This document shows positions 47,116 to 55,705 of a stretch of DNA of 64,000 nucleotides, piece after piece. Each line of letters opens with the position of its first letter. Position 1 is the first letter of the stretch. Origin of the DNA: a virus; the IMG/VR virus record IMGVR_UViG_3300020419_000859, one strand, 5' to 3'. The position numbers were made by a program, and so were the translations under genes. A model generated the notes under the pieces. It was not told the origin of the DNA and made no database searches. It saw nothing but the letters and a program-made list of their open reading frames with translations.

Positions 47116-48303
47116 ATGCCAACAATAAATTTTCCGAATGGTCCGTCAACAAATGACACATATAATTTAGGTACACGTACTTGGCGATGGAATGGTGAGG
47201 CGTGGGAATTACAACCATTAACAGGTGGATTTACAGGATCACAAGGTTATACAGGTTCAGCAGGTACAACAGGTGCTCAAGGGGCAACTGGTTATACTGG
47301 TTCTGCCGGTACTGCTGATGGTGGCGCTTCGTTAACACTTGACAACACATCAACAGACGATACTATTCTAGCAACAACTACTGAAGATTCAAGTTCAGCA
47401 GGACCTGTTATTACATTAAAAAGAAATTCATCAAGTCCAGCAGACGCAGATTATCTAGGACAATTAAAATTCAAAGGCGAAAATGACGCCGATCAAGAAA
47501 TAGTATACGCTAAAATTACAGCAAAAATTCAGGACGCAAGTGATGGTACCGAAGATGGTATTTTAGAGTTTGCAAATAAAAAAGCAGGTTCTAATGTAAT
47601 CACAGCAAGATTAAAATCAGATAAATTACAATTATTAAATAGTACTAGTTTGGAAGTAGATGGTACATTAACAGTTGGTGGAACACAAATAACTCCTGCA
47701 ACTGTACCTACAATAAGTTCAATAAGTCCTACAGCCGTTGTGACAAGCACAGCAACAGCAATTACAATTACAGGAACAAATTTTGTTTCTATTCCACAAG
47801 TAGAGGCATTAAATCCTTCTACAGGTATTTGGTACACAGCTGATTCAGTTTCATTTAATAATTCAACAAGTATTGTAGCAACTTTTACAATAGGTGTCAA
47901 TGCTAGTTATAAATTAAGAGTAGAAAATCCAGATGGTAATGCCGTATTATCTTCAACAGCTTTGATGTCAGTATCAGCCGCTCCAACTTTTTCAACTTCA
48001 GCAGGTAGTTTAGGTACTTTTGCAGGTGGTTTTTCAGGAACAATTGCAACATTAGCTGGTAGTTCGGATAGTGCTATTACATTTTCTGAAACAACAAGTG
48101 TATTGACAAATGCTTCACAAGCAAACTGTTCACTAAATAGTACTACTGGAGCAATTACAACAACAGATTTAGGTGGCAGTTCAATTACTGCAACAACATA
48201 TAATTTTACCATAAGAATAACGGATGCTGAATCACAAACAGTAGATAGAGCATTTTCAATTACAACAAATTATGGTGCAACAGGAGGAGCTCAGTTTAAC
48301 TAA
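47116..48303 (+). CDS. Fibre protein with short collagen segment and Ig-like (IPT/TIG) domains
   Basis: INFPNGP...WRWNG N-terminus, Gly-X-Y segment, and PTISSISP...ITITGTNF...VENPDG. Confidence 0.75.
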   Translation: MPTINFPNGPSTNDTYNLGTRTWRWNGEAWELQPLTGGFTGSQGYTGSAGTTGAQGATGYTGSAGTADGGASLTLDNTSTDDTILATTTEDSSSAGPVITLKRNSSSPADADYLGQLKFKGENDADQEIVYAKITAKIQDASDGTEDGILEFANKKAGSNVITARLKSDKLQLLNSTSLEVDGTLTVGGTQITPATVPTISSISPTAVVTSTATAITITGTNFVSIPQVEALNPSTGIWYTADSVSFNNSTSIVATFTIGVNASYKLRVENPDGNAVLSSTALMSVSAAPTFSTSAGSLGTFAGGFSGTIATLAGSSDSAITFSETTSVLTNASQANCSLNSTTGAITTTDLGGSSITATTYNFTIRITDAESQTVDRAFSITTNYGATGGAQFN

Positions 48304-49640
48304 TGGCTAATACACATTTAACAAGGACTAACGGTTCACCTACTAATCCTAAAAAATATACATGGAGTAGTTGGAATAAAATTGATAGTAATGCATGGAT
48401 GCCTTTCTTTTCTACTACACATCAAGGTGGTCATTCTTACATCGGATTCAGTGCAAGTAGTGATAGCTTTGGAGTTATAGAACATGGAGATAGTGCAGGT
48501 ACTTTATATTATGTTGCAACGAGTGCTGTTCAAAGGGATAATTCTGGTTGGTACCATGTTGTTGTTCAATTTGATAGTACACAAAGCACAGCGTCGGATA
48601 GAGTAAAATTATATATCAATAATGAATTACAAACAAGTTTATCTCAAACTACTTACCCGTCTCAAAATCTTGACAGTTGGCTTTGTGACGCAACAACTAT
48701 AGAAATAGGAAGAAGAAGTGCAGGTAGTGGTCAATATTATAGTGGACTTATATCTCATGCACATTTTATAGATGGAACAATTTATGGACCATCAACATTT
48801 GGAGAAACAGACAGCACAAATGGAGAATGGAAAATAAAAACTGACCCTGGAATATCTACAGCTAATTATGGAAATAATGGTTTTTGGATGTTTAAAGATG
48901 ATAATTCATATAATGATGATAGTGGTAATGGTAATAACTTTTCACTTGGTGGTGGTACACTTACAAAAACAGAAAGCAATCCAAGTAATGTTTTTGCCAC
49001 GTGGAACCCTTTATGGTCACAATCAAATGGTAATGTAGGTGATGTGACTTTTTCAAATGGTAATACAACAACTATAACATCAGTAAATTATAGAACAACA
49101 CCTGCAAATTTAGGAATGAAAACTGGAAAATATTATTGGGAAGTAAAAAGAAACGAAGACTCTGGAAGTAATGATCTTCACGGAGGAATTATGAGTGAAT
49201 TAGCTACACCTGCTAATACTGCTACTTGGATAGGAAATGCAGCTAATGGTTGGGTAAATGCTGGCGATGGTGGAGAAAAATACACTGGCGGTACAAGTGG
49301 TGGAAGTACAGGCGCTCAAGCTGCTAACTCTGGAGATATTATGATGTTTGCTTATGACGCTGATAACGGAAAATTATATTTTGGAGTTAACGGCTCATGG
49401 GGAAATAGTGCTAATCCAGCTACTGGTGCAAATCCTCATTATGATAGTTTAGATACTACATTATTTTATTTTCCTTGTGTATCAACAGGTTCAGATTGTT
49501 CAGTAAATTTTGGAAATGGATATTTTGGAACAACAGCAATTAGTTCGGCAGGAACAAACGCTTCAGGAATTGGATTGTTTGAGTACAATGTTCCCACAGG
49601 ATTTACGGCCTTGAGCACGAAAGGAATTAACAGTTTTTAA
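48303..49640 (+). CDS. Concanavalin A/LamG-like plus SPRY-like putative receptor-binding protein
   Basis: WYHVVVQFDSTQ...RVKLYIN and GKYYWEV...MFAYDADNGKLYFGVNGSW...NFG. Confidence 0.75.
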   Translation: MANTHLTRTNGSPTNPKKYTWSSWNKIDSNAWMPFFSTTHQGGHSYIGFSASSDSFGVIEHGDSAGTLYYVATSAVQRDNSGWYHVVVQFDSTQSTASDRVKLYINNELQTSLSQTTYPSQNLDSWLCDATTIEIGRRSAGSGQYYSGLISHAHFIDGTIYGPSTFGETDSTNGEWKIKTDPGISTANYGNNGFWMFKDDNSYNDDSGNGNNFSLGGGTLTKTESNPSNVFATWNPLWSQSNGNVGDVTFSNGNTTTITSVNYRTTPANLGMKTGKYYWEVKRNEDSGSNDLHGGIMSELATPANTATWIGNAANGWVNAGDGGEKYTGGTSGGSTGAQAANSGDIMMFAYDADNGKLYFGVNGSWGNSANPATGANPHYDSLDTTLFYFPCVSTGSDCSVNFGNGYFGTTAISSAGTNASGIGLFEYNVPTGFTALSTKGINSF

Positions 49641-49650
49641 AGGAGAAAAT

Positions 49651-50715
49651 ATGGCTTTTACTTCAGTAAATAAATATACAGATCATTTTAGAATAAAACT
49701 CTACACAGGAAACTCTACTAACAATACTGCTATTACTTGGGACGAAAGTTCTAATATGCAACCAGATTGGCTCTGGATTAAAAATCGTAGTGAAGCGCAA
49801 TCTCATGCTCTTTTTGATAGTACAAGAGGTGCAAATAAAAGATTTACTTCAAATGGTAATGGTGCTGAAACAACAGAAAATACAAATTTAGATAGTTTTG
49901 ATACAAATGGATTTACAGTAGATAACGAATTAATAGTTAACGGTAATGGTGATAACATGGTCGCTTGGGGTTGGAAATGTAATGGTGGGACAACATCTAC
50001 TAATACAGACGGAACAATATCATCAACAGTACAAGTTAATAGTACAGCAGGATTCAGTATCGTTCAATGGACAGGCGATGGTTCAGAAAGTGCAACAGTT
50101 GGCCACGGATTAGGCGCAAAGGTAAATTGTATTATAACAAGAGAACGTGATGGTGGTGATTGGTGGCATAATTGGCAAACAGGACTATCAGGAAATTCTT
50201 ATAATTTATTTTTTAATAATAGTGACGCTGAAAGAGCTGAAGTTGGCGATGGTCACATTAAAAATTTAGATAACACAACAACTTTTGGATTTGAAAGTAG
50301 CACGTCAAACGTTAACGCAGTTAATCATAGTGGTATAACCAATATTGCTTATTGCTTTACAGAAAAACCCGGATTTAGTAAGTTCGGATCATATGTCGGG
50401 AACGGCAATAGCAGCGGACCGTTTATTTACACCGGCTTCAAACCGTTTTTCACTATTATAAAAAGAATTGATGTTGGTAATGATTGGAATATGCAGGATT
50501 ATAAAAGAAATGTAAATGGCGTAGATAAAATATTACAAGCTAATAATGATAACGCCGAAAATGTTGGTGGAGGTTATAAAGTAGACAAATTATCAAATGG
50601 TTTTAAATGTAGGGAGTCAGGCACAGAAACAAATGCTGACGGTGGAACATATGCGTATTGGGCTTTTGGCCAAAGTATAGTTGGTTCAAATAACGTTCCA
50701 GCGACAGCAAGATAA
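49651..50715 (+). CDS. Fibre-associated repeat beta-protein
   Basis: YTGN...PDWLWIKNR...FDSTRG, GFSIV.WTG and IYTGFKP repeats, as seen next to ConA-type phage fibre genes. Confidence 0.65.
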   Translation: MAFTSVNKYTDHFRIKLYTGNSTNNTAITWDESSNMQPDWLWIKNRSEAQSHALFDSTRGANKRFTSNGNGAETTENTNLDSFDTNGFTVDNELIVNGNGDNMVAWGWKCNGGTTSTNTDGTISSTVQVNSTAGFSIVQWTGDGSESATVGHGLGAKVNCIITRERDGGDWWHNWQTGLSGNSYNLFFNNSDAERAEVGDGHIKNLDNTTTFGFESSTSNVNAVNHSGITNIAYCFTEKPGFSKFGSYVGNGNSSGPFIYTGFKPFFTIIKRIDVGNDWNMQDYKRNVNGVDKILQANNDNAENVGGGYKVDKLSNGFKCRESGTETNADGGTYAYWAFGQSIVGSNNVPATAR

Positions 50716-50730
50716 GGGATAAATATAAAC

Positions 50731-51543
50731 ATGGCAACACCAACAACAAGAGAACAGTTAAAAGAATACGCTTTAAGAGCATTAGGTCAACCTGTTATAG
50801 AAATTAACGTTGACAATGATCAATTAGAGGATAGACTTGATGAAGCTTTACAATATTATTCTCAATATCACATGAATGCAATAAGAAGATGTTATTTAAA
50901 ATATCAATACACACAGGCAGATTATGATAGAATTGTGACTAATGGAGACGTATCAGAGTCACAAACTAAAAACTCGGTAACTACAACATGGAAAGAAAAT
51001 CAAAATTACATAGTAGTTCCTGAATCAGTTATATCTGTCACTAATATATTTCCTTTTTCAAGTAAAGGAAGTTTGAATTTATTTGATGTAAGATATCAAA
51101 TGAGACTAAATGATCTCTATGATTTTTCTTCAACATCGGTAGTTAATTATGATATAGTAATGAGACAATTAGATTTTTTAGATCATATATTAGTAGGTGA
51201 AAAGCCATTAAGATTTAATCAAAACGATAATAAATTATTCATTGATATGGATTGGAAAGAAGATTTACAAGTAGGTGAATTTTTAGTAATAGATTGTTTT
51301 AGAAAATTAGATCCAGAAACATTTACAGATGTATATAATGACCAATGGTTAAAAAGATATGTCACAACACTATTTAAAAAACAATGGGGAGCAAACCTAT
51401 CTAAATTCAACGGCGTTGCTATGGTGGGTGGTGTGACTCTTAACGGAGGCCAAATATATTCTGAATCACTACAAGAGTGTGAAAAATTAGAAACAGAAAT
51501 ACGTACAACGTTTGAAGAGCCTCATAACTTCATAATAGGGTAA
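50731..51543 (+). CDS. g13: Neck protein gp13
   Basis: LRALGQPVIEINV..DQ..DR..EAL, WLKRY...KKQWG.NL.KF and GGVTLNG. Confidence 0.95.
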   Translation: MATPTTREQLKEYALRALGQPVIEINVDNDQLEDRLDEALQYYSQYHMNAIRRCYLKYQYTQADYDRIVTNGDVSESQTKNSVTTTWKENQNYIVVPESVISVTNIFPFSSKGSLNLFDVRYQMRLNDLYDFSSTSVVNYDIVMRQLDFLDHILVGEKPLRFNQNDNKLFIDMDWKEDLQVGEFLVIDCFRKLDPETFTDVYNDQWLKRYVTTLFKKQWGANLSKFNGVAMVGGVTLNGGQIYSESLQECEKLETEIRTTFEEPHNFIIG

Positions 51544-51549
51544 ACAATT

Positions 51550-52359
51550 ATGGTAGTAATGAATCCATACTTTCAGCACGGAGATGGCATCGGAAATGCA
51601 TCCGAAAAATATCTATACGAAGATTTAATCATAGAAGGATTAAAAATATATGGTAATTTAATTTACTATATGCCGAGAGATATTGTAAATAGAGATTTAG
51701 TATTGGGCGAAGATGTTAATAGTAAATTTAAAAATGCTTTTCCTATTGAAATGTATTTTGAGACTACTGAAGGATTTGCTGGTCAACAAGAATTAATCAA
51801 TAAGTTTGGATTAGAAATTAGAGAAGATACTACATTGATGGTATCTAAAAGACGTTTTCATAATAAGATAGACGTTAGAACAGAATTAAATGTAAAAGGT
51901 AGACCAAACGAAGGAGATATTTTATATTTTCCTTTAATGAATAGTTTTTTTGAAATTCAATTTGTTGAAGATCAAGAGCCATTTTTTCAATTAGGAAATT
52001 TACCAGTTTATAAATTAAGGGTTACACGTTGGGAATACTCAAACGAAGGATTAGACACAGGCGTTCAAGGTATTGATGACAAAGATGAAGCTTATTCTAC
52101 AAACTTATTAGTAGATAGAATACATCTAGAAGATGGCAAAGGTACTATTCAACTTGAACAAGACGACACATCTTCAGGAAATGCTAACTTCTTGATTAAC
52201 GAAAGTTATGATAGTACAAAGGTTACAGTTCAAACACAATCAACGTATGCACAAAATCTGGATTTAGATACAGCAGCTGGCTTTGATACAGCTACTGTAG
52301 CAGATGACGTGTTAGATTTCACAGAAAGAAATCCATTTGGGGAGGTAGATGAAGTATGA
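51550..52359 (+). CDS. g14: Neck protein gp14
   Basis: YYMPR, IEMY, KFGLEIRE, RPNEGDILYFP, PFFQLG and DFTERNPFG. Confidence 0.95.
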   Translation: MVVMNPYFQHGDGIGNASEKYLYEDLIIEGLKIYGNLIYYMPRDIVNRDLVLGEDVNSKFKNAFPIEMYFETTEGFAGQQELINKFGLEIREDTTLMVSKRRFHNKIDVRTELNVKGRPNEGDILYFPLMNSFFEIQFVEDQEPFFQLGNLPVYKLRVTRWEYSNEGLDTGVQGIDDKDEAYSTNLLVDRIHLEDGKGTIQLEQDDTSSGNANFLINESYDSTKVTVQTQSTYAQNLDLDTAAGFDTATVADDVLDFTERNPFGEVDEV

Positions 52360-52532
52360 GAGACGTAAAATTATTAATGTCTTATGCCAGTAAACAAGCC
52401 AAAAAAATAAAAAATATGGAGTTGTTTAAAAATTTAAAAAAAGAAGTAGTTTCTGGTGCTCACGGCACAATGGACTATGTTTTTAAAAAAGGCAAAAATT
52501 CAGGCAAGACTCATAAAACAAAGGAAAAATAA
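52356..52532 (+). CDS. 58-aa lysine-rich protein (not in ORF track)
   Basis: ATGA overlap with the g14 stop and GGAGG upstream; MRDVKLLMSYASKQAKKIKNMELFKNLKKEVVSGAHGTMDYVFKKGKNSGKTHKTKEK. Confidence 0.65.
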   Translation: MRDVKLLMSYASKQAKKIKNMELFKNLKKEVVSGAHGTMDYVFKKGKNSGKTHKTKEK

Positions 52533-52535
52533 TAA

Positions 52536-53483
52536 ATGTTCGGCACACCGTTTTATAATGAAGGATTAAGAAAGATTATTATTGCTTTCGGTCAACTATT
52601 TAATAATATAGTTATTGAAAGTAAGAATAAAGATACTGGTGCCGTATTACAAAGAATAAAGGTGCCTTTAGCATATGCACCTAAAGAAAAGTTTTTAGTT
52701 CGTTTAGATCAACAAGCAGAATTAAACGATAGATCATTTGCAGTCACTTTACCTAGAATGGGATTTGAGATATCAGGTTTATCTTATGATCCATCTAGGA
52801 AATTAACTAGAATGCAAAAATTTAAACATGAAAAAACACCACTAACTAGAGATCAAAGAGTTGCTTTAATGGATCAAATAGCAATGGAAGATGATAGTGG
52901 TTTTATTATGTTAGAAGAAGCAAACACAGCAACAGGTAATGCTGAATATCCATTATTAGAAACATCACAAACAACTTTTGATGATTCTAAAAAAGCGTCT
53001 TTTAATTGGACGCCTGTACCATATAATATAAGTTTAAATGTTTATTGTTTTACAGCAACTGCTGAAAATGGTTTACAAATAGTAGAACAAATATTACCTT
53101 TCTTTCAACCAGACTATACGGTAACAGTTAATGTTTTACCTGAAATGGGAATGAAAAGAGACGTGCCTATTATTTTAAATACTATAAATTATGAGGACAG
53201 TTATGATGGTGCTTTTACAAATAGAAGAGCAGTAATATATACAATGAATTTTACAGCGAAAACATACTTGTTTGGTCCTACAACTAATCAAGGTGTTATC
53301 AAAAAAGTACAATCAGATTTATATGCTGATACAGATACAGTTAATACTCCTAGAGAGGAAAGAATAACTGTTATACCTAATCCACCAACAGCTGATGTGA
53401 CAGATGATTTTGGATTTACAACAACTGTACAAAACTTTACAGATGGTAAAAAATATAATACAACAACAGGTAGTGATGAATAA
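52536..53483 (+). CDS. g15: Tail sheath stabiliser/terminator gp15
   Basis: FG.LFNNI, KVPLAYAPKEKF, LPRMGFE, PVPYN and QIVEQILPFFQP. Confidence 0.95.
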   Translation: MFGTPFYNEGLRKIIIAFGQLFNNIVIESKNKDTGAVLQRIKVPLAYAPKEKFLVRLDQQAELNDRSFAVTLPRMGFEISGLSYDPSRKLTRMQKFKHEKTPLTRDQRVALMDQIAMEDDSGFIMLEEANTATGNAEYPLLETSQTTFDDSKKASFNWTPVPYNISLNVYCFTATAENGLQIVEQILPFFQPDYTVTVNVLPEMGMKRDVPIILNTINYEDSYDGAFTNRRAVIYTMNFTAKTYLFGPTTNQGVIKKVQSDLYADTDTVNTPREERITVIPNPPTADVTDDFGFTTTVQNFTDGKKYNTTTGSDE

Positions 53484-53485
53484 TT

Positions 53486-53953
53486 ATGGCAAATTTAGAA
53501 GACAAAGTAAATGAGATTTTAGGAATTGAGTCTACGGAAAAAGTAGAAGAAGCCAAAGAGTTTCAACCACCTGTGGAAAGACCAAAAGGTGATGTTGAAG
53601 TAAAAACAGAAAAAGATATTAATCAAGATTACTCTTATAGTAGAGATAGTTATTATAATCTAATAGATAAAGGTAATGAAGCTATTGAAGGAATATTAGA
53701 AATTGCAAAAGAAGGCCAACACCCTAGAGCATATGAAGTTGCCGGTCAATTAATTGGACAGGTTGGTGCTACTGTAGATAAATTACAAGATTTACAAAAA
53801 AAATTAAAAGATTTAAAACAGGTACCAAAGACTGCAAATACAAACGTAAAAAATGCTCTTTTTGTTGGATCAACTGCCGAGTTGCAGAAAATGTTAAACA
53901 GAAAACAAGAAGATGAAACAATTGAAAAAAATATTACTCCCGAAAAGGAGTAG
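53486..53953 (+). CDS. g16: Terminase small subunit gp16
   Basis: DY.YSR..Y, HPRAYEVAGQL and NALFVGSTAELQKML. Confidence 0.93.
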   Translation: MANLEDKVNEILGIESTEKVEEAKEFQPPVERPKGDVEVKTEKDINQDYSYSRDSYYNLIDKGNEAIEGILEIAKEGQHPRAYEVAGQLIGQVGATVDKLQDLQKKLKDLKQVPKTANTNVKNALFVGSTAELQKMLNRKQEDETIEKNITPEKE

Positions 53954-53956
53954 AAA

Positions 53957-55588
53957 ATGAGTGAAGCATATTTAGGGAATCCTAACCTTAAAAAGGTTAA
54001 TACTCCTGTTGAATACACACAAGAACAAATAGTAGAATATCAAAAGTGTGCTGGCGATCCAATATACTTTATGGAAAAATATATTCGTATTGTATCTCTT
54101 GATGAGGGTTTAGTGCCTTTTAATATGTACGATTTTCAAAAGAGAATTGTTGAGACTATTCACGATAACAGATTTACAATCTGTAAACTACCAAGACAAT
54201 CAGGTAAATCAACAACAACAATTTCATATCTGTTGCATTTTGCATTATTTAATCCTAATAGTAATATTGCTATTCTAGCAAACAAATCCTCAACAGCAAG
54301 AGATATATTAGGTAGATTACAACTTGCATATGAAAACTTACCAAAATGGTTACAACAAGGTGTAATAAATTGGAACAAAGGTAATATAGAATTAGAAAAT
54401 AAGTCAACTATTGTGGCGGCTGCTACATCATCAAGTGCTATCCGAGGTGGTTCTTTTAATATTATATTTCTTGATGAGTTTGCTTTCGTACCTACTAACA
54501 TTGCCGAAATGTTTTTTAGTTCAGTTTATCCTACAATATCTGCTGGTACAAAAACTAAAATGATTATTGTATCTACACCTTATGGTATGAATATGTACTA
54601 TAAGATTTGGATGGATGCTATCAATAAAAAAAATGATTACAATCCAATTGAAGTACATTGGAGTGAGGTACCAGGCCGTGATGAAAAATGGAAAGAACAA
54701 ACAATACGTAATACAAGTGAGGAACAATTTCAACAAGAGTTTGAGTGTGAATTTTTAGGTTCTGTAAATACTTTAATATCAGCTGCTAAAATAAAATCAA
54801 CACCTTACATGACGCCAATTAAATCGGCACAAGGAGTTGACATATATGAAGACGCAATCAAAGGCAATACTTACGTTTGTTCAGTTGATGTATCACGTGG
54901 TGTAGATAAAGATTATTCTGCTTTTATAATATTTGATGTCACTAAAATGCCTTATAAAGTTGTAGCCAAATATAGAAGTAATGAAATTAAACCTTTTGTA
55001 TTTCCTAATATAATATCTAAAGTTTGTAAGAATTATAATGAGGCACATATATTAACAGAGGTAAACGATATAGGTCAACAAGTTGCAGAAGCTTTACAGT
55101 TTGAGATTGAATATCCTAATATACTAATGACTACTCAAAAAGGCCGTGCTGGTCAAATATTAGGCGCTATGTATAGTGGTCGTGGTTCATCTATAGGTGT
55201 TCGTATGACAAAGGCAATTAAGAAAGTTGGTTGTTCTAATCTAAAGACTTTGGTAGAAGGAGATAAGATAGTTGTTAATGATTTTAACATTATTCAGGAG
55301 ATGTCAACGTTTACTAAAAGAGGCCAAAGCTGGCAGGCTGAAGACGGATCAAATGATGACTTAATGATGTGTTTAGTTATATTTGGTTGGTTGTCTAATC
55401 AACCTTATTTTAAAGAGTTGACTAATACAAATGCACGTCAAAAAATGTATGAGGAACAACGAAATTTAATAGAGCAGGATATGGCACCGTTCGGATTTGT
55501 AGACGATGGTGTGACCGATCCTGAAGACGAGGAAACAGTAGATGAATATGGTACAAGATGGTTTCCTGTCTCTAGAAAAGGGCAATAG
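53957..55588 (+). CDS. g17: Terminase large subunit gp17
   Basis: YLGNPNLK, PRQSGKST, FLDEFAF, STPYG, QEFECEF and DDLMM. Confidence 0.97.
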   Translation: MSEAYLGNPNLKKVNTPVEYTQEQIVEYQKCAGDPIYFMEKYIRIVSLDEGLVPFNMYDFQKRIVETIHDNRFTICKLPRQSGKSTTTISYLLHFALFNPNSNIAILANKSSTARDILGRLQLAYENLPKWLQQGVINWNKGNIELENKSTIVAAATSSSAIRGGSFNIIFLDEFAFVPTNIAEMFFSSVYPTISAGTKTKMIIVSTPYGMNMYYKIWMDAINKKNDYNPIEVHWSEVPGRDEKWKEQTIRNTSEEQFQQEFECEFLGSVNTLISAAKIKSTPYMTPIKSAQGVDIYEDAIKGNTYVCSVDVSRGVDKDYSAFIIFDVTKMPYKVVAKYRSNEIKPFVFPNIISKVCKNYNEAHILTEVNDIGQQVAEALQFEIEYPNILMTTQKGRAGQILGAMYSGRGSSIGVRMTKAIKKVGCSNLKTLVEGDKIVVNDFNIIQEMSTFTKRGQSWQAEDGSNDDLMMCLVIFGWLSNQPYFKELTNTNARQKMYEEQRNLIEQDMAPFGFVDDGVTDPEDEETVDEYGTRWFPVSRKGQ

Positions 55589-55604
55589 TCTATTTCTAGG
55601 TTAT

Positions 55605-55612
55605 TATAAATA
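55605..55612 (+). promoter_or_regulatory. T4-type late promoter
   Basis: TATAAATA upstream of g18. Confidence 0.8.
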
Positions 55613-55705
55613 TCTGTACTGGCTTTAAATATGGATGTAAGAAAACTTACAAAGTTGTGAATTATAATATATTAATAATTAGCTAATTAAAGAGGAGAAT
55701 AACCT

